A stretch of DNA of 64,000 nucleotides from Octopus sinensis. Lineage: Eukaryota. The DNA lies in NCBI RefSeq assembly GCF_006345805.1, contig NC_043011.1, positions 32,066,464-32,130,463 of the forward strand, given 5' to 3'. A model generated the notes under the pieces. It searched no databases. It had not been told where the DNA came from and worked only from the letters and a program-made list of their open reading frames with translations. This document shows, in pieces, positions 51,305 through 63,908 of this stretch. The position numbers were made by a program, and so were the translations under genes. The stretch's first letter is position 1; each line of letters starts with the position of its first letter.

Positions 51305-53681
51305 TATATACAACAGGCTTCTTTCAGTTTCCGTCTACCAAATCCACTCACAAGGCATTGGTCGGCCCGGGGCTATAGCAGAAGACACTTGCCCAAGATG
51401 CCATGCAGTGGGACTGAACCCGGAACCATGTGGTTGGTTAGCAAGCTACTTACCACACAGCCACTCCTGCGCCTATAATTATGTTATGGAAAAAAAACTA
51501 TCTGTAACTTACCTTTAAATTATTGTCGATAAAGTATTAAAACTCAAACAACTTACCAATAAAGTGTACAATTCAAATTTCAATTTGTGATCTTCTCGCT
51601 AGGGGTCACTCTCATTTCTAAAAACACAAGGTTCTGTTTTGTTAGAGATAAAGAGAGAGTGCATATTTTGTAATTCTTAATAAATTTTCTTGGCAGAGAA
51701 CAGTCTCATTGCAAATGAGAAAGAAGGGTTACATTCAACTTGTTTCTCGTCGAAAACCAGAAAACATAATTTTTTGTTAGTAAAACATATAATCATAGGA
51801 GTGGCTGTGTGGTAAGTAGCTTGCTTACGAAGCACATGGTTCCGGGTTCAGTCCCACTGTGTGGCACCTTAGGCAAGTGTTTTCTGCTATAGCCTCGTGC
51901 AAACCAAAGCCTTGTGAGTGGATTTGGTAGATGGAAACTGAAAGAAGCCCGTCGTATATATATATGTATGTGTGTGTTTGTCCCCCTCAACATTGCTTGA
52001 CAACCGATGCTGGTGTGTTTATGTCCCTGTAACTTAGCGGTTTGGCAAAAGAGACCGATAGAATAAGTCCTGCGGTGGATTTGTTCGACTAAAGGCGGTA
52101 ATCTAGCATGGCTGCAGTCAAATGACTGAAACAAGTAAAAGAATAAAAGAAACACGAAAGACTTGGTAGGGGAAAATTTTGGAATTAGGAGTGTGGGGTA
52201 AAATATTTTTTAAAAACTATTTTTTATTGGGTAATCATTAATTTTAGGCAGAAGTAAAGGATGTGTACAAGAATTTTTTAAAATAGTTTTTCTTAAAGAA
52301 ACATTCAAATCCCCTTCCCCAACTTCCACCCATCAGCTCCAAATGTTTCACTTTTAGCTTTTTAGAAAGCAGAGAAGTTTTTCCAGAAATAATGTCATTT
52401 ACCTGTTGTTTCTAGCATGCTGGGTTTTCCAGTGGTGGTCTGATATTTTTACGTCTGCTATTTCAGTAGAATTCTACATGTGTGAAACATCAGAGTTTTT
52501 AGTTTTTTGAAAGTGGGGAGGTGATGCGTGGGGGAAGGGGCATTGAGTGTTTCTTAAGGAAAAATTAAAATTTAAAAAAATAAATTCCCAGATTCTTAAT
52601 CTCTATAATTTTCTACTTGGATTAAAAAAATTAAAAATTCAAAAAAAAGTTTAAAATTAATAAATTGGGGGTGGGGGTGAAATTAAAATTTCGGAAACAT
52701 GGTTTTGGGGCAGAATCATATTCTCTTATGTCAAAAACTTTTGAAAAAACAAAAAACAAAACAGAAACACCAGAAATAGGTGCTGTACATGTCCTTTACA
52801 TTTGCCAGGAAAGCTTCTAATTTGTAAGAAGCTTGCTACATTGAAAAAAATATGCTGTAGTTATACTCAGAAAAGTACAGGCTCCAATATATTAAAGGTG
52901 CTGAAGACACATAAGCTTCAATGACGCCTTTAAGTATTCTGTAAGAGTTAAGGGCCAAAATTCTGACAATAAAGGATTGAACTATTCTTCAGTGATGAAT
53001 AAAATTTATTGACTTTTCCCCTATATTTCTGTCTAATCTTTCTTTTTAATCATTTGACCTATGATAGAGAGATATGAGATTATGTGAAATGCATCTTGTC
53101 TGAGATGGCTAATGAAATATGTTCATAAATGGCAACAAAGTGAGATTAACTATGTGTCTTGTGTTTCTAAACATATCAGAACCCATTTTACTCCAGGTCT
53201 GACAGCCAATATTTTCCATGGAGTAGGTTTCCTACAAATTGTAAGAAACTTGCCTTATGGCTCTTGCCACTCCATTTATAGCCATTTTCTTCACACAACT
53301 CAGACTTTGAGACTATGCTATGGTATTTAGTTTTATCCATCTTTAATTTAAGTTGCTTCTCATCATTCCGAAACTGGGTCACTTCAAGAACCCTGATTTG
53401 ACGAACAATTGCTCCTGACTTAAAGAATTTAGTCTGGTGGAGCTTGCACAAATTAGAAACATTCCTCGTCTATCTCACTCGGCTACAAATAGCAGTCTAG
53501 TCTTATTCAAATCATATCCTATAAAGAAAAAAAGTCCATGAGAAACAAAGAATTGGATAATGTAGTCCTAGATACTATGCTGAAAACAAGAATAGATGGA
53601 TAAGATGCAAAGTCTTTGATCATAGGTCCCTTCAATGCTGGCTGACATGGAGCTAAATAATAATGTTACTTTATATAATTA

Positions 53682-54077
53682 CTAGCAGTATAGCCTAGCG
53701 TTGCTCAGGCTTGTTTTCTTCTCGACCCTTTAGAATTGGAATTTTTGAAAAGTAAAAATTTTGCTTTATGTACCTTGTTATTCTCTTTAAGTGAACATTT
53801 TTCTGGTTGAAATACACCGAAAAATGGCGACACCACAGTAAAAAAATCTTAAAAAAGGGGATTTTCGTAGAAAAAAAGCACCTTTTTGATGTAAATAATT
53901 TTTAGTGTTAACATGGTCCGATTTGAATTTTTTCTTCTACAGAATGAAGAGCAAGCCTTCTTCTATCATACTCTCAATTTTGGTCAACTTGCGCCGCAGG
54001 GTCTCGGAGGAGATAGTGTTAATTGAAGCTACCAAACCTGCCATACACAGACAGCTTCAGCTTTATATATATAGAGA
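53682..54077 (-). mobile_element. Non-autonomous Helitron (second family)
   Basis: A|TCTCTATATATATAAAG start and a decayed hairpin CCTGAGCAACGCTAGG before CTAG|T. Confidence 0.8.
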
Positions 54078-55358
54078 TATACCAAACTACAGATAGAATT
54101 ATGATATTTATGAATGCTAAGATAAAAGTGTTGCCGTGATCTTTCCAATGTTTTTGTGCAACAGTTGCTAAATTAGTGTAATATATTTAATGCAGTAGGC
54201 ATTAAAAATAATTACTTGGTGAGACAAAAAACATTAGATCAATGAGTAAATTTATTTGTATAATTTTGGTAAGCATGGGAGCTAACTCTTGATATGTTTT
54301 GATATCGTTGGAAATCTTCAGAGGAATCTGTGCTTCACTGTAATAGCAAGAATTTACAATGAGGAAATCACCAAGATTTACAATACTGTACATGTTCAGG
54401 CACGAAAATTAGCATAATTAACAATAATTAATCACTGAGAAAAATTAATTACGCAGAGATGTCATCTGTAAGAAAACAAAACAGGGTTAACATATTTATT
54501 GGAGCAAGCATCAAAAAGTTAATTAAAACTGAGATGCCATTTGTATGAAAACAAAAGATAAGGTTAACATTTAAATGCAGTGAGCATCAAAAAACTAATT
54601 ATAATTATAATTGCAGAGAGAAAAAAAAAACCCCAAACAATATAAGCTCAATGGCAAATAATGTCTGAATCATTTCATGAAATAAATGAGGAAAATAATT
54701 AGAGTATCTGAAGATACAAAATTTAAACCCAGAAGGACTGAGATCATCATCATCATAATCATCGTTTAACGTCCGTTTTCCATGCTGGCATGGGTTGGAC
54801 GGCTCGACTGGGCTCTGGGAAGCCAGGAGGCAGCACCAGGCTCCAGTCTGATCTGGTAGTGTTTCTACAGCTGGATGCCCTTTCTAATACAAACCACTCC
54901 GAGAGTGTAGTGGGTGCTTTTTATATGCCACTGGCACAGGGGCCAGAGGGGCTTGGCACCGACTACGATCAGTTGGTGCTTTTTATGTGCCACCGGCACG
55001 GAGGCCAGTCAAGGCGGCGCTGGCATCAGCCATGTTCGCATTTTGATTTTGATTTTGATGTACTTGATTCAATAGGTCTCCTCAAGCACTCATTTTAACG
55101 TTCCATATTTCATGCTGGCATGGGTTAAATGGTTTAACAGACTCTGATAGCTTCATAAACTACATCATGTTCCAATGACTGCTTTGGTGACTGCTTTCTA
55201 CAGCTGGGTGTCCTTCCTAACAACAACCAATTTACAGCTTGTAATGGGTTCTTTTTTTCATGACACCAGCACTGAGGTCACCATGAAGCCTGCAAGAGCA
55301 AATCCCCTTCACTCAGATACATGTACATATATTTGCATGTACATATATTCATGCATAT

Positions 55359-56100
55359 GAGGTGATATCAAAAAGTTCCCAAACTAGTTATCTTTAATAA
55401 AAACTAACTTATATGCTCTTTACTCTCTTTACTCTTTTACTTGTTTCAGTCATTTGACTGCGGCCATGCTGGAGCACCGCCTTTAATTGAGCAAATCGAC
55501 CCCAGGACTTATTCTTTGGAAGCCTCATACTTATTCTATTGTTCTCTCTTGCCGAACCCATTAAGTTACAAGGACGTAAACACACCACCATTGGTTGTCA
55601 AGTGATGTTAGGGGGGACAAACACAGACACACAAACATATACACACACACACATACATACATATATATATACGATGGGCTTCTTTCAGTTTCCGTCTACC
55701 AAATCCACTCACATTGGTCAGCTCAAGGCTATAGTAGAAGACACTTGCCCAAGGTACCATGCAGTGTGACTGAACCCAGAACCATATGGTTGGTAAGCAA
55801 GCTACTTACCACACAGCCACTCCTGCACCTATGTTTTAACATCATCTATTTCAAAATAGTCACTTTGAGCAACAATATACCTGTCCCAGTGTTCTTTCCA
55901 CTTTTGGAATCTGGCCTAGAGGTCGTTTTTTGTAAGGGATTTGAGAAACTTCTGTGATTTGCTCTGGATCTCGACAACAATGTTAAAACAGCAATCTTTG
56001 AGCTGCATTTACACCTTGGGGAAGAAATGGAAGTCTGCAGATGCTAAATCTGGTGAATAGGGCAAGTGTGGAAGTGATACCATGTTTTTAGTGAGAAACT
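55359..56100 (-). mobile_element. mariner transposase C-terminal relic with right TIR, interrupted by a family-B SINE (about 55412-55830)
   Basis: Minus translation PHLPYSPDLASADFHFFPKV*...ARFQKWKEHWDRYIVAQSDYFE. TIR-like GAGGTGATATCAAAAAGTTCCCAAACTAG at about 55359. Confidence 0.85.
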
Positions 56101-56730
56101 TGAGAGTCAACTTTCCCTTTCACCCTTTCAGGGTTGATAAAATAAGTACCAGTTGAGCACTAGGGTTGATGTAATCGTCTTACCCACTCCCCATAAATTG
56201 CTGGCCCTATGACAAAATTTGAAACCAATGTAGACATTCTATGGCTTTGCTTGTCACTGCCAGTGACATTATTCTTACATTCTCTGTCGATATTATGACA
56301 AGTCATTATGAGCTTTCAAAGACCTGTGAAATAACTTACTTGAAAAGTAAGTTATCCCTTACTTGAAAAACAGGCAAGTGTTGGGGACAAGAAGAGCATC
56401 CTGGATGTTAAACCTTGCCTTAAATACCATAAATCCTCGAGTATAGTCCACCCTTGAGCATAATATGCAGGGGAATTTTAGGAGGCTGTGCCTCTGAAAA
56501 ACCTAAACCTTCTGTATAATACGCACCCCTTCTGTATCTTGAGTCAAGGAGGTCTATATAACGTCCTTAGTTTGTAAAAATGTATACGGTAATGTACATT
56601 ATTATTATTATTATATATATAACATAATGCAAACGCGTAGCATTTTTGTCCATTTTGTTTGCAGAAAATAAAGAAATAACAGTAATAATGTTTGATAAAT
56701 GTTGCTTACTACAAGTTATGGATGATTTAA

Positions 56731-56950
56731 CCCTTTCGTTACTGTATTTATTTTGAGATGCTCTGTGTTTCTTTCAATTACCTTAAATATAACAAAGAAT
56801 TTAGTAAAATAACTTAGTGATCATTCAGCTAGTGTTAGGAACATAAATTGTGACTAAGGTTTGGTGGAAGATTTTAATTCCAAACTTATGAAAACAAGAC
56901 ATTTGTACTCAGAGCTAGAGCCGATTTCAGCCGGGTTGGTAACGAAAGGG
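56731..56950. mobile_element. piggyBac-type MITE, family 2 (related end at about 50840-50855)
   Basis: TTAA|CCCTTTCGTTAC ... GTAACGAAAGGG|TTAA: perfect 12-bp TIR and TTAA TSD. Confidence 0.9.
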
Positions 56951-57881
56951 TTAAGGTATTTTCGTGCCCAACATCACAAAATGCGTCTGAATAAACATTG
57001 CCGGACAGCAAATAGAGACTCAAACATTGCTTAGAAAATGATTTTCATTTTTAACTTTGTGTATAATACGCAGTGGGGATTTTGACCTTTAAATTTTGGC
57101 AAAAAAATGCAGGTTATACTCAAGGATTTACAGTAAATCTCCATTCAATCCATGCTAACAAGAAAAAAAAGATGGTAAATGAATAGATCCTCTTCTTCCA
57201 CTCAACCTCCAAATTATCTTTCTTCATGCACTTTGTGTGCCTCTCTCCTGCAGCCTATCCAAACACATATCATCTCTCTCTCTCTTGTCTTCTCACTCAC
57301 TGTCAAAAATATCATCATTATCATTATCCTCAGCACATGGCACCATTGGCCATTTCCAACCCCTGTATCCACCACTTCCTCCATCCACCCTCCAACTCTA
57401 CCCCAATCTTTACAGATGTTGCCTACCTCCCCTTTCTCGTTCTCCCCAAGCTCTTGCCTCTCCCCCACCCAATGCGTTCTTGCAAATCCCTACATGCACA
57501 CACCCCTAGCTTTTCTGTCCCCACTGACAACTACTCATCTTGCACCTTGAGGTGCCACCTGGATACCTCATCAGGACTATTTATCTCTCCCTTAAATGTG
57601 AATAGCCATGTATTTTCTCTACAAGAACCTGCTCTACTCCCCCAACTCCTCTCATACCTTAAACCCCAACTAGCATAAGGACACATCCCGTCCTCAGATT
57701 TTGTAGGCTTGCAAGCTACATGATGACCTCACAAATGCCAATAACACAAAAAAAGAAGCACTCAATACACACTGTAAAGTGGCCTGTATTAGGACGAGCA
57801 TCCAGCCATAGAAACCTTGCCGATGCATAATGCACTCCTTAGACCCACTGATCCATGACAGCATGGAACATGAGCATTAAA

Positions 57882-58005
57882 TGATGGTGATAGTGATGAT
57901 GATGATGATGATGATCATTATGATGATGATGATGATGATGACGATGATAATGAAGATGATGATGAAGATGATGATGATGATGGTGATGATGATGATGGTA
58001 GTGGT
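57882..58005. repeat. (GAT)n microsatellite at a LINE-type tail
   Basis: Imperfect ATG/GAT run of about 120 bp. Confidence 0.9.
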
Positions 58006-58859
58006 GAAATAATAACATGATATGAAGCTACTGAATCATGACGACTTAATCACTGAACTGTAACGAAAAAAACAGGAAATGCTTCAATAAAACAATTTGT
58101 GAAACACCTAGGTAGAATAAATAGCAATTAGATAAGGGTAAATAAACAGGATATTAGAAAGACTGTCACTAAGAACCAATGACCCATTACAAAAAAATAC
58201 AGGGAACAACAATAAAAATCAGGGGCGTATATTCTGTGTGTGCTAGGAGTGCACTGCACACCTATCGAAAATGGCAAATTCGTTATAAATATTAACCATA
58301 CTCATTAATTTAATCACAAATCTTAATGGAAATCTTTAGTTATACCCCTGCTTGAAATTTGGTGGCATTGGGTGTGGCAGCACACCTAGTACAACAACCA
58401 CCATATGCCACTGATAAACAAATGTTTTGGAACCAGAAAAGCAGGATATGCGAAATAGAACACTGCCAGATCAGACTGGAGCCTGGTGCAGCCCCCAACC
58501 GTCCAACCCATGCTAGCGTAGAAAATGGATGTTAAACGATGATGATGATAATATATATATATATATAAATAAAAGTAGTTTTGAGCTTTTCATAAGCAAT
58601 AAAACATTCTTAAATAGAGAAGAGGTAATTGAAGCATTTGGATAGTTTATCACAGCAAAAGAGGAATTTTTTTTAAAGATGGAATATATGATATAGAGAA
58701 ACGTTGGGTAAACATCATAAACAAACATGGATCATACTTTGATTAAATAAATCAGTTCTCTAACACTTCTGAAACATTTCATTGTTACCTTTCAAATATA
58801 ACATGTCATGCGAAACAATCTAATATATATATATACAATATTCTATAATTTTAGATACA

Positions 58860-59255
58860 AATAATTACAGAGGTATCAAGTTGTTGGATCAGGTAATGAA
58901 GGTCACGGAGAAGGTCATAGCCCAACTAATTAGGGAGAGAGTCAGTTTAGATGAGATGCTGTTTGGGTTCGTGCCAGGGAAAAGCACCACTGATGCTATA
59001 TTTCTGGTAAGACAGCTGCAGGAGAAATACCTAGCCAAAGATAAACTTCTGTACCTGACTTTTGTTGACATGGAGAAAGCCTTTGACAGGTTCACCCAAT
59101 CCCTTATCCGGTGGTCAATGAGGAAACTAGGGATAGATGAATGGTTAGTGAGAGCTGTGCAAGCCATGTACAGGGATGCTGTCAGTAAGATGAGAGTTGG
59201 AAATGAGTACAGTGAAGAATTCCAGGTAGAAGTAGGGGCCCACCAAGGTTCAGTC
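58860..59255 (+). mobile_element. RTE-clade LINE reverse transcriptase internal fragment
   Basis: Open frame NNYRGIKLLDQVMKV...FGFVPGKSTTDAIF...FVDMEKAFD...EVGAHQGS, corresponding to RT motifs 2-4. Confidence 0.92.
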
Positions 59256-61179
59256 CATATTATATAATGTATGTATGTGTCTAAGGCAGTAAGCTGACAG
59301 AACCATTAGCATGCCATGCAAAATGCTTAGTGGCTTTTCATCTGTCTTTACGTTCTGAGTTCAAATTTCACTGAAGTTGATTTGCCTTTTGTCCTTTCAG
59401 GGTTGATAAAATAAGTACCAGCTGAGCATTGGTGTCAAATATAATTGACTTATCCCTAACCCTGAACTTGTTGAATTTGTGCCAAAATTTGAAACCAATA
59501 TGTCTGTGTATCTTTGGCTTGATTTTTGATGATGGATGTCAGTGAGGCTCACCAGCATACAAGCACTACTGTTTCCACTTTTCCATGTAAAACACGCCTG
59601 GCTATAGAGGAACATTACCTTGCTTGGAAACAGGTGAGTGTGAGCAGGCAGAATCGTTAGCACGCCGGGCAAAATGCTTAGCGGTATTTCGTCTGTCTTG
59701 ATGTTCCGAGTTCAAATTCCGCCGACGTCGACTTTGCCTTTCATCCTTTCGGGGTCGATAAATTAAGTACCAGTTGAGTACTGTGTTGATCTAATCAACT
59801 GCCCCACCTCCCCAAAAATTTCGGGCCTTGTGCTTTGAGTTGAAAAGATAGAAAGAGCATCCATCCACAGAAAATATGTCTCAACATGCCTAGCATGGAA
59901 AACCATACATTATGGTGATGATGATGATCATTGATGATCATGACATTGATAGCAGTAGCAGTGGCAGATTATATTGGTAGAGAATGCCTTCAAGACCTCT
60001 ATTGCCATTGAAGAAAAGTTTTCAGAAGGATAAACTAACATGGCTTCTTGGTGGTAATGTTTTGGGAGCTCTGAAATTAGTATAGCTCTTGGAAAAAAAA
60101 ACTTTGTGCATTGAAAGGGAGAAATAACTTACTGTTGCCTATTTACTGGAAGTTGAATAAGAAGTATGTCAGGCAGGAATGATTCTCAGACAAGGATACA
60201 AACCAGTTTTACATTGTTGTGTACAATTTCTGCATCATTATTGATTTGCTACCCAAAGTTATTCCTCTGTCAAACAATGCTTCTGGCTATTGTCCAAATC
60301 TTGATGAAGTTCAAACAAAGCTTAAAGTAAATGTAGTTTATATGCTTCTGCACAGCATCTGTTCTGTAGCCAATGGACTAGGATGTAATAATCCTTTCTA
60401 CTAAAGACACAAGACCTGAAATTTTGGGGGGAAGGGTTAGTCAATTACATCGACCCCAGTGCATAACTGATACTTATTTCATTGACCCCAGTGCATATCT
60501 GGTGCTTATTTCATTGACCCTGAAAGGATGAAAGCCAAAGTCTACCTTGGCCGAATTTGAACTCAGAATATAAGAACAGACAAATGCCACTATGCATTTT
60601 ACCCAGCCTGCTAACAATTCTGCTAGCTCGTTGTCAGACTATGATGTAATAATAGAAATTTATAAGGTATAATTGCTGCAGGAATCCTTTAAGGAAATTA
60701 CCATTGTCTTAAGTCATAAGTACTGTATCATCATTTATTCACTTTTCCATGCTTGCATGAGTCAAACCATCTAACCCATGCCAGCATGGAAAGTGGATGT
60801 TAAATGATGATGATGATAACGACCATGATGATGACAACTATGACAACGATAATGATGATGAATTGTTGGATGCTCAACCAATTATGCATTAATGCAGGAG
60901 CAGATAATTCAGTTGAATAAACAACTCAATTGTCATTTTTGAATGGCAGAGGTCTTTCATTCAATTTAGATGTACCTGTTCATATCCTTAAATCCTTAAA
61001 AATGTTTTAGCCCGAAGGCCGCGGCCATGCTGGGGCACCACCGCTGAATATAAGACTAAAGCTGTCGCTGATTAGCTCCAAGAGGCCACCGCCTCTAGCT
61101 AGCTATTTGACACACAACCTGCGTCCATTACAAACCTTTGAACAGGGGAGGTCAGCCGCTTCATCCTGCTAGTCAGACA

Positions 61180-61222
61180 GCTGCAGACATGTTTCAGGGT
61201 TGTTGCCCTTTATCAATGCAGC
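61180..61222 (-). ncRNA. Minimal type-I hammerhead ribozyme motif with U3:A8 core variant
   Basis: GCUGCA-UUGAUAA-AGGG caacaa CCCU-GAAAC-AU-GUC/UGCAGC. Perfect 6-bp stem I, 4-bp stem II, palindromic ACAUGU stem III and a GUC triplet. Confidence 0.7.
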
Positions 61223-61795
61223 ATAGTCAGACCCGCAGAAAGCTAGAAATTTCTTGTCCCTAATTAGATCATTTCCCAACAACATGTAAGTATCATAAAC
61301 TCTTTACTGCTCAAAATATCAAAGTTAGTTACTAAACTTTAGTTAATATCATTTCAAAAATTGTACACTTCAACAGAAATAAGCATATCCCTCACATTCT
61401 CTACCCCACATTCCAACTTGTAAATTCCGAAATCACACCAACTGCCCTCTAGGAGGATCCTGCCCAACAGAGGCTGTGATGCAATGCTATCATGTGATAC
61501 TACACAAGTATAACAGCCAATGAATATGATGGAAAATGATATACATACATTGTCAAGACTTGTTTTGTTGTAACAAATTTGCTAAAAAGTTAATTACTAA
61601 ACACTCTGCTTTGGGGTAAATAGAAAGCAGTGCAGCAATCATATTCAAAGCAATAACAACATCAACTTAATTGATGTTTCAGACCTGCATCTTTGCAGCT
61701 AGAAGGAGACTAAATTCACTGATGCAGAACACAACTAAATTTCCAACCAATTGGAAAAAAAAGTACATTGATGCTAATTAATGACTCATCTTCAC

Positions 61796-62070
61796 GTATG
61801 TGTGTGTGTGTGTGTATTTATATATATATATATGTACACACACACGTGTATATGTATGTATATATGTATGTGTGTGTGTGTATATGTATACACTCACATA
61901 CATATATATTCACACACACACATATATATGTATAAGTGTGTATATATGTATATATATGTATATATATATGTATGTATATATATATACATACATACATATA
62001 TATACATACATACATACACATGTCCACATACATAAATACATGGAACACATCGCCCCACACAACACACACA
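61796..62070. repeat. Compound TA/TG/CA/TATG microsatellite
   Basis: Direct inspection. It accounts for the low-complexity ORFs at 61781-62144. Confidence 0.95.
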
Positions 62071-62432
62071 AACACAGGTTGACATAATTTTAAGTTCACC
62101 CACACATGCATACACATACACACACCATTCTCACATGCACACACACACTTGCACTCCCCAGTTCAGCCTGGTCACTGTTATCTCCCCTTCATTTGGCCTC
62201 TTTCTTCCAGTCATTTCATTATGTTAAACTGTTAATCCTGACAATTTTTTTTTTCTATCTCTATTTCTTCTTCTCACCTCTTTCTGTTAAAGAGTGTAGA
62301 CTTGAAATGTCAAAGACTTTTCCATTCTTCCTGAGCATCAAACTAATACACCTGCTTGCTATTCCTTCACCTGTCTTTGTCTTTTTGAATTATACATATA
62401 TACATACATACATACATACATATATATATATA

Positions 62433-63908
62433 TCATCATCATTTAACCTCCGCTTTCCATGCTGGCATGGGTTGAACAGTTTGACTGAAAACTGGTATGC
62501 AGGTGGGCTGTACCAGGTTCCAATCTGATTTGGCAAAGTTTCTACAGCTGGATGCCCTTCCTAATACCAACCATGTTGAGAGTGTAGTGGGTGTTTTTTA
62601 TGTGCTGCCAGTACAGGTGCCGTTGACCTGATATTGGCATTGGTCACTTCTATGGTCTCACTTGGCTTGATAGGTCAACACAAGCATGGTGTATTGCCAA
62701 GGGTCTTGGTCATCTGCCACTGCTTCCATGAGGCCCAACACTCTAACAGTGCTTTTTACATGCCAATCAGACAACACTGGCATCAACCATGACTATGATT
62801 TCACTTGATTTGACAGGTCTTCTCAAGCACAGCATATCACCCAACAATTGAAGGGTGCTTCTTACGGGCCAGTTATGCAACACTGGCATCGGCCACAATT
62901 ATGATCTCACTTGGCTTGACATCACTGCCTCCATGAAGCCCAACACACAAGTGGTGCTTTTTATGCGCCAGTCAGATGGCACTGGCATCAGCCATGACTA
63001 CAATCTTATTTCACTTGATGGGTCTTCTCAAGCATGGCATATCTCCAAAGGTCTCGGTCACTAGTCATTGCCTCTGTGAGGCCCAACATTTGAAGATCAT
63101 GCTTCACCACCTCATCCCATGTCTTCCTAGGTCTACCTCTTCCACAGGTTCCCTCGACTGTTAGGGCGTGACACTTCTTCACACAGCTGTCCTCATCCAT
63201 ATGCATCATATGACCATACCAGTGCAGTCATCTCCCTTGCACACCACATCTGATGCTTCTTATGTCCAACTTTTCTCTCAAGATGCTTACATTCTGTCGT
63301 GCATGTACACTAACATTACACATCTAGCAGAGCATACTAGCTTCATTTCTTGAAAGCTTATGCATATCCTTAGCAGTTACAGCCCATGTTTCACTGCCAT
63401 GTAGCATGGTTGTTCGTACACAGGCACCATATAGTCTGCCTTTCACTCTGAGTGAGAGGCCCTTTGTTGCCAGCAGAGGTAGGAGCTCTCTGAACTTTGC
63501 TCAACTTATTCTTATTCTAGCAGCTATGCTCTCAGAGCATCCACCCCAACTACTGACTTGGGCACCTAGGTAATGGAAGCTATTGAGTACTTCTAGTTTC
63601 TGTCCCATGGCATGTGATGGAATCTATTTTCTGTACATTTTTGCTGTTTATTGTACCCATGCACCTTTTACACTCAAAAACTGCCTTCCTTTGATATTGC
63701 TGCACCTCTTATGAGTCCATAGCTTACACTGGGTACATTTTATGGAGTTTCTGCCTATGCCTTTTCCACAGATCAAGCAGGGCCATCTACCTGAAAGGAT
63801 TTGTGATTTGTCCACCTCACAATTTACTAAGACTGGTTTTTGCTAAGTTAACTCTAAGGCCCTTCGATTCTAGACCTTGCTTCCACACCTGAAAATTGTT
63901 CTCTAACG
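62433..63908 (-). mobile_element. 5'-truncated RTE/RTE-X-type LINE (degenerate ORF2 C-terminus + 3'UTR + (GAT)n tail)
   Basis: Translated WKQGLESKGLRVNLAKT, WPCLICGKGIGRNSIKCTQCKLWTHKRC, MLHGSETWAV and HWYGHMMHMDEDSCVKKC...GRGRPRKTW, with internal stops. Confidence 0.92.

Noticed and set aside
54457-54605. Two diverged ~73-bp tandem units
   Set aside because: Only two degenerate copies with no spacer structure; ordinary minisatellite decay.
57545-57580. Minus-strand CTGATGA followed by a hairpin
   Set aside because: Followed by TCAAG rather than GAAA.
57179-57678. Four overlapping ORFs of up to 150 aa
   Set aside because: Low-complexity C/T-rich repeat relic with no recognisable motif.
61781-62528. 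Several 75-140 aa ORFs
   Set aside because: They translate microsatellite and pyrimidine-rich sequence.
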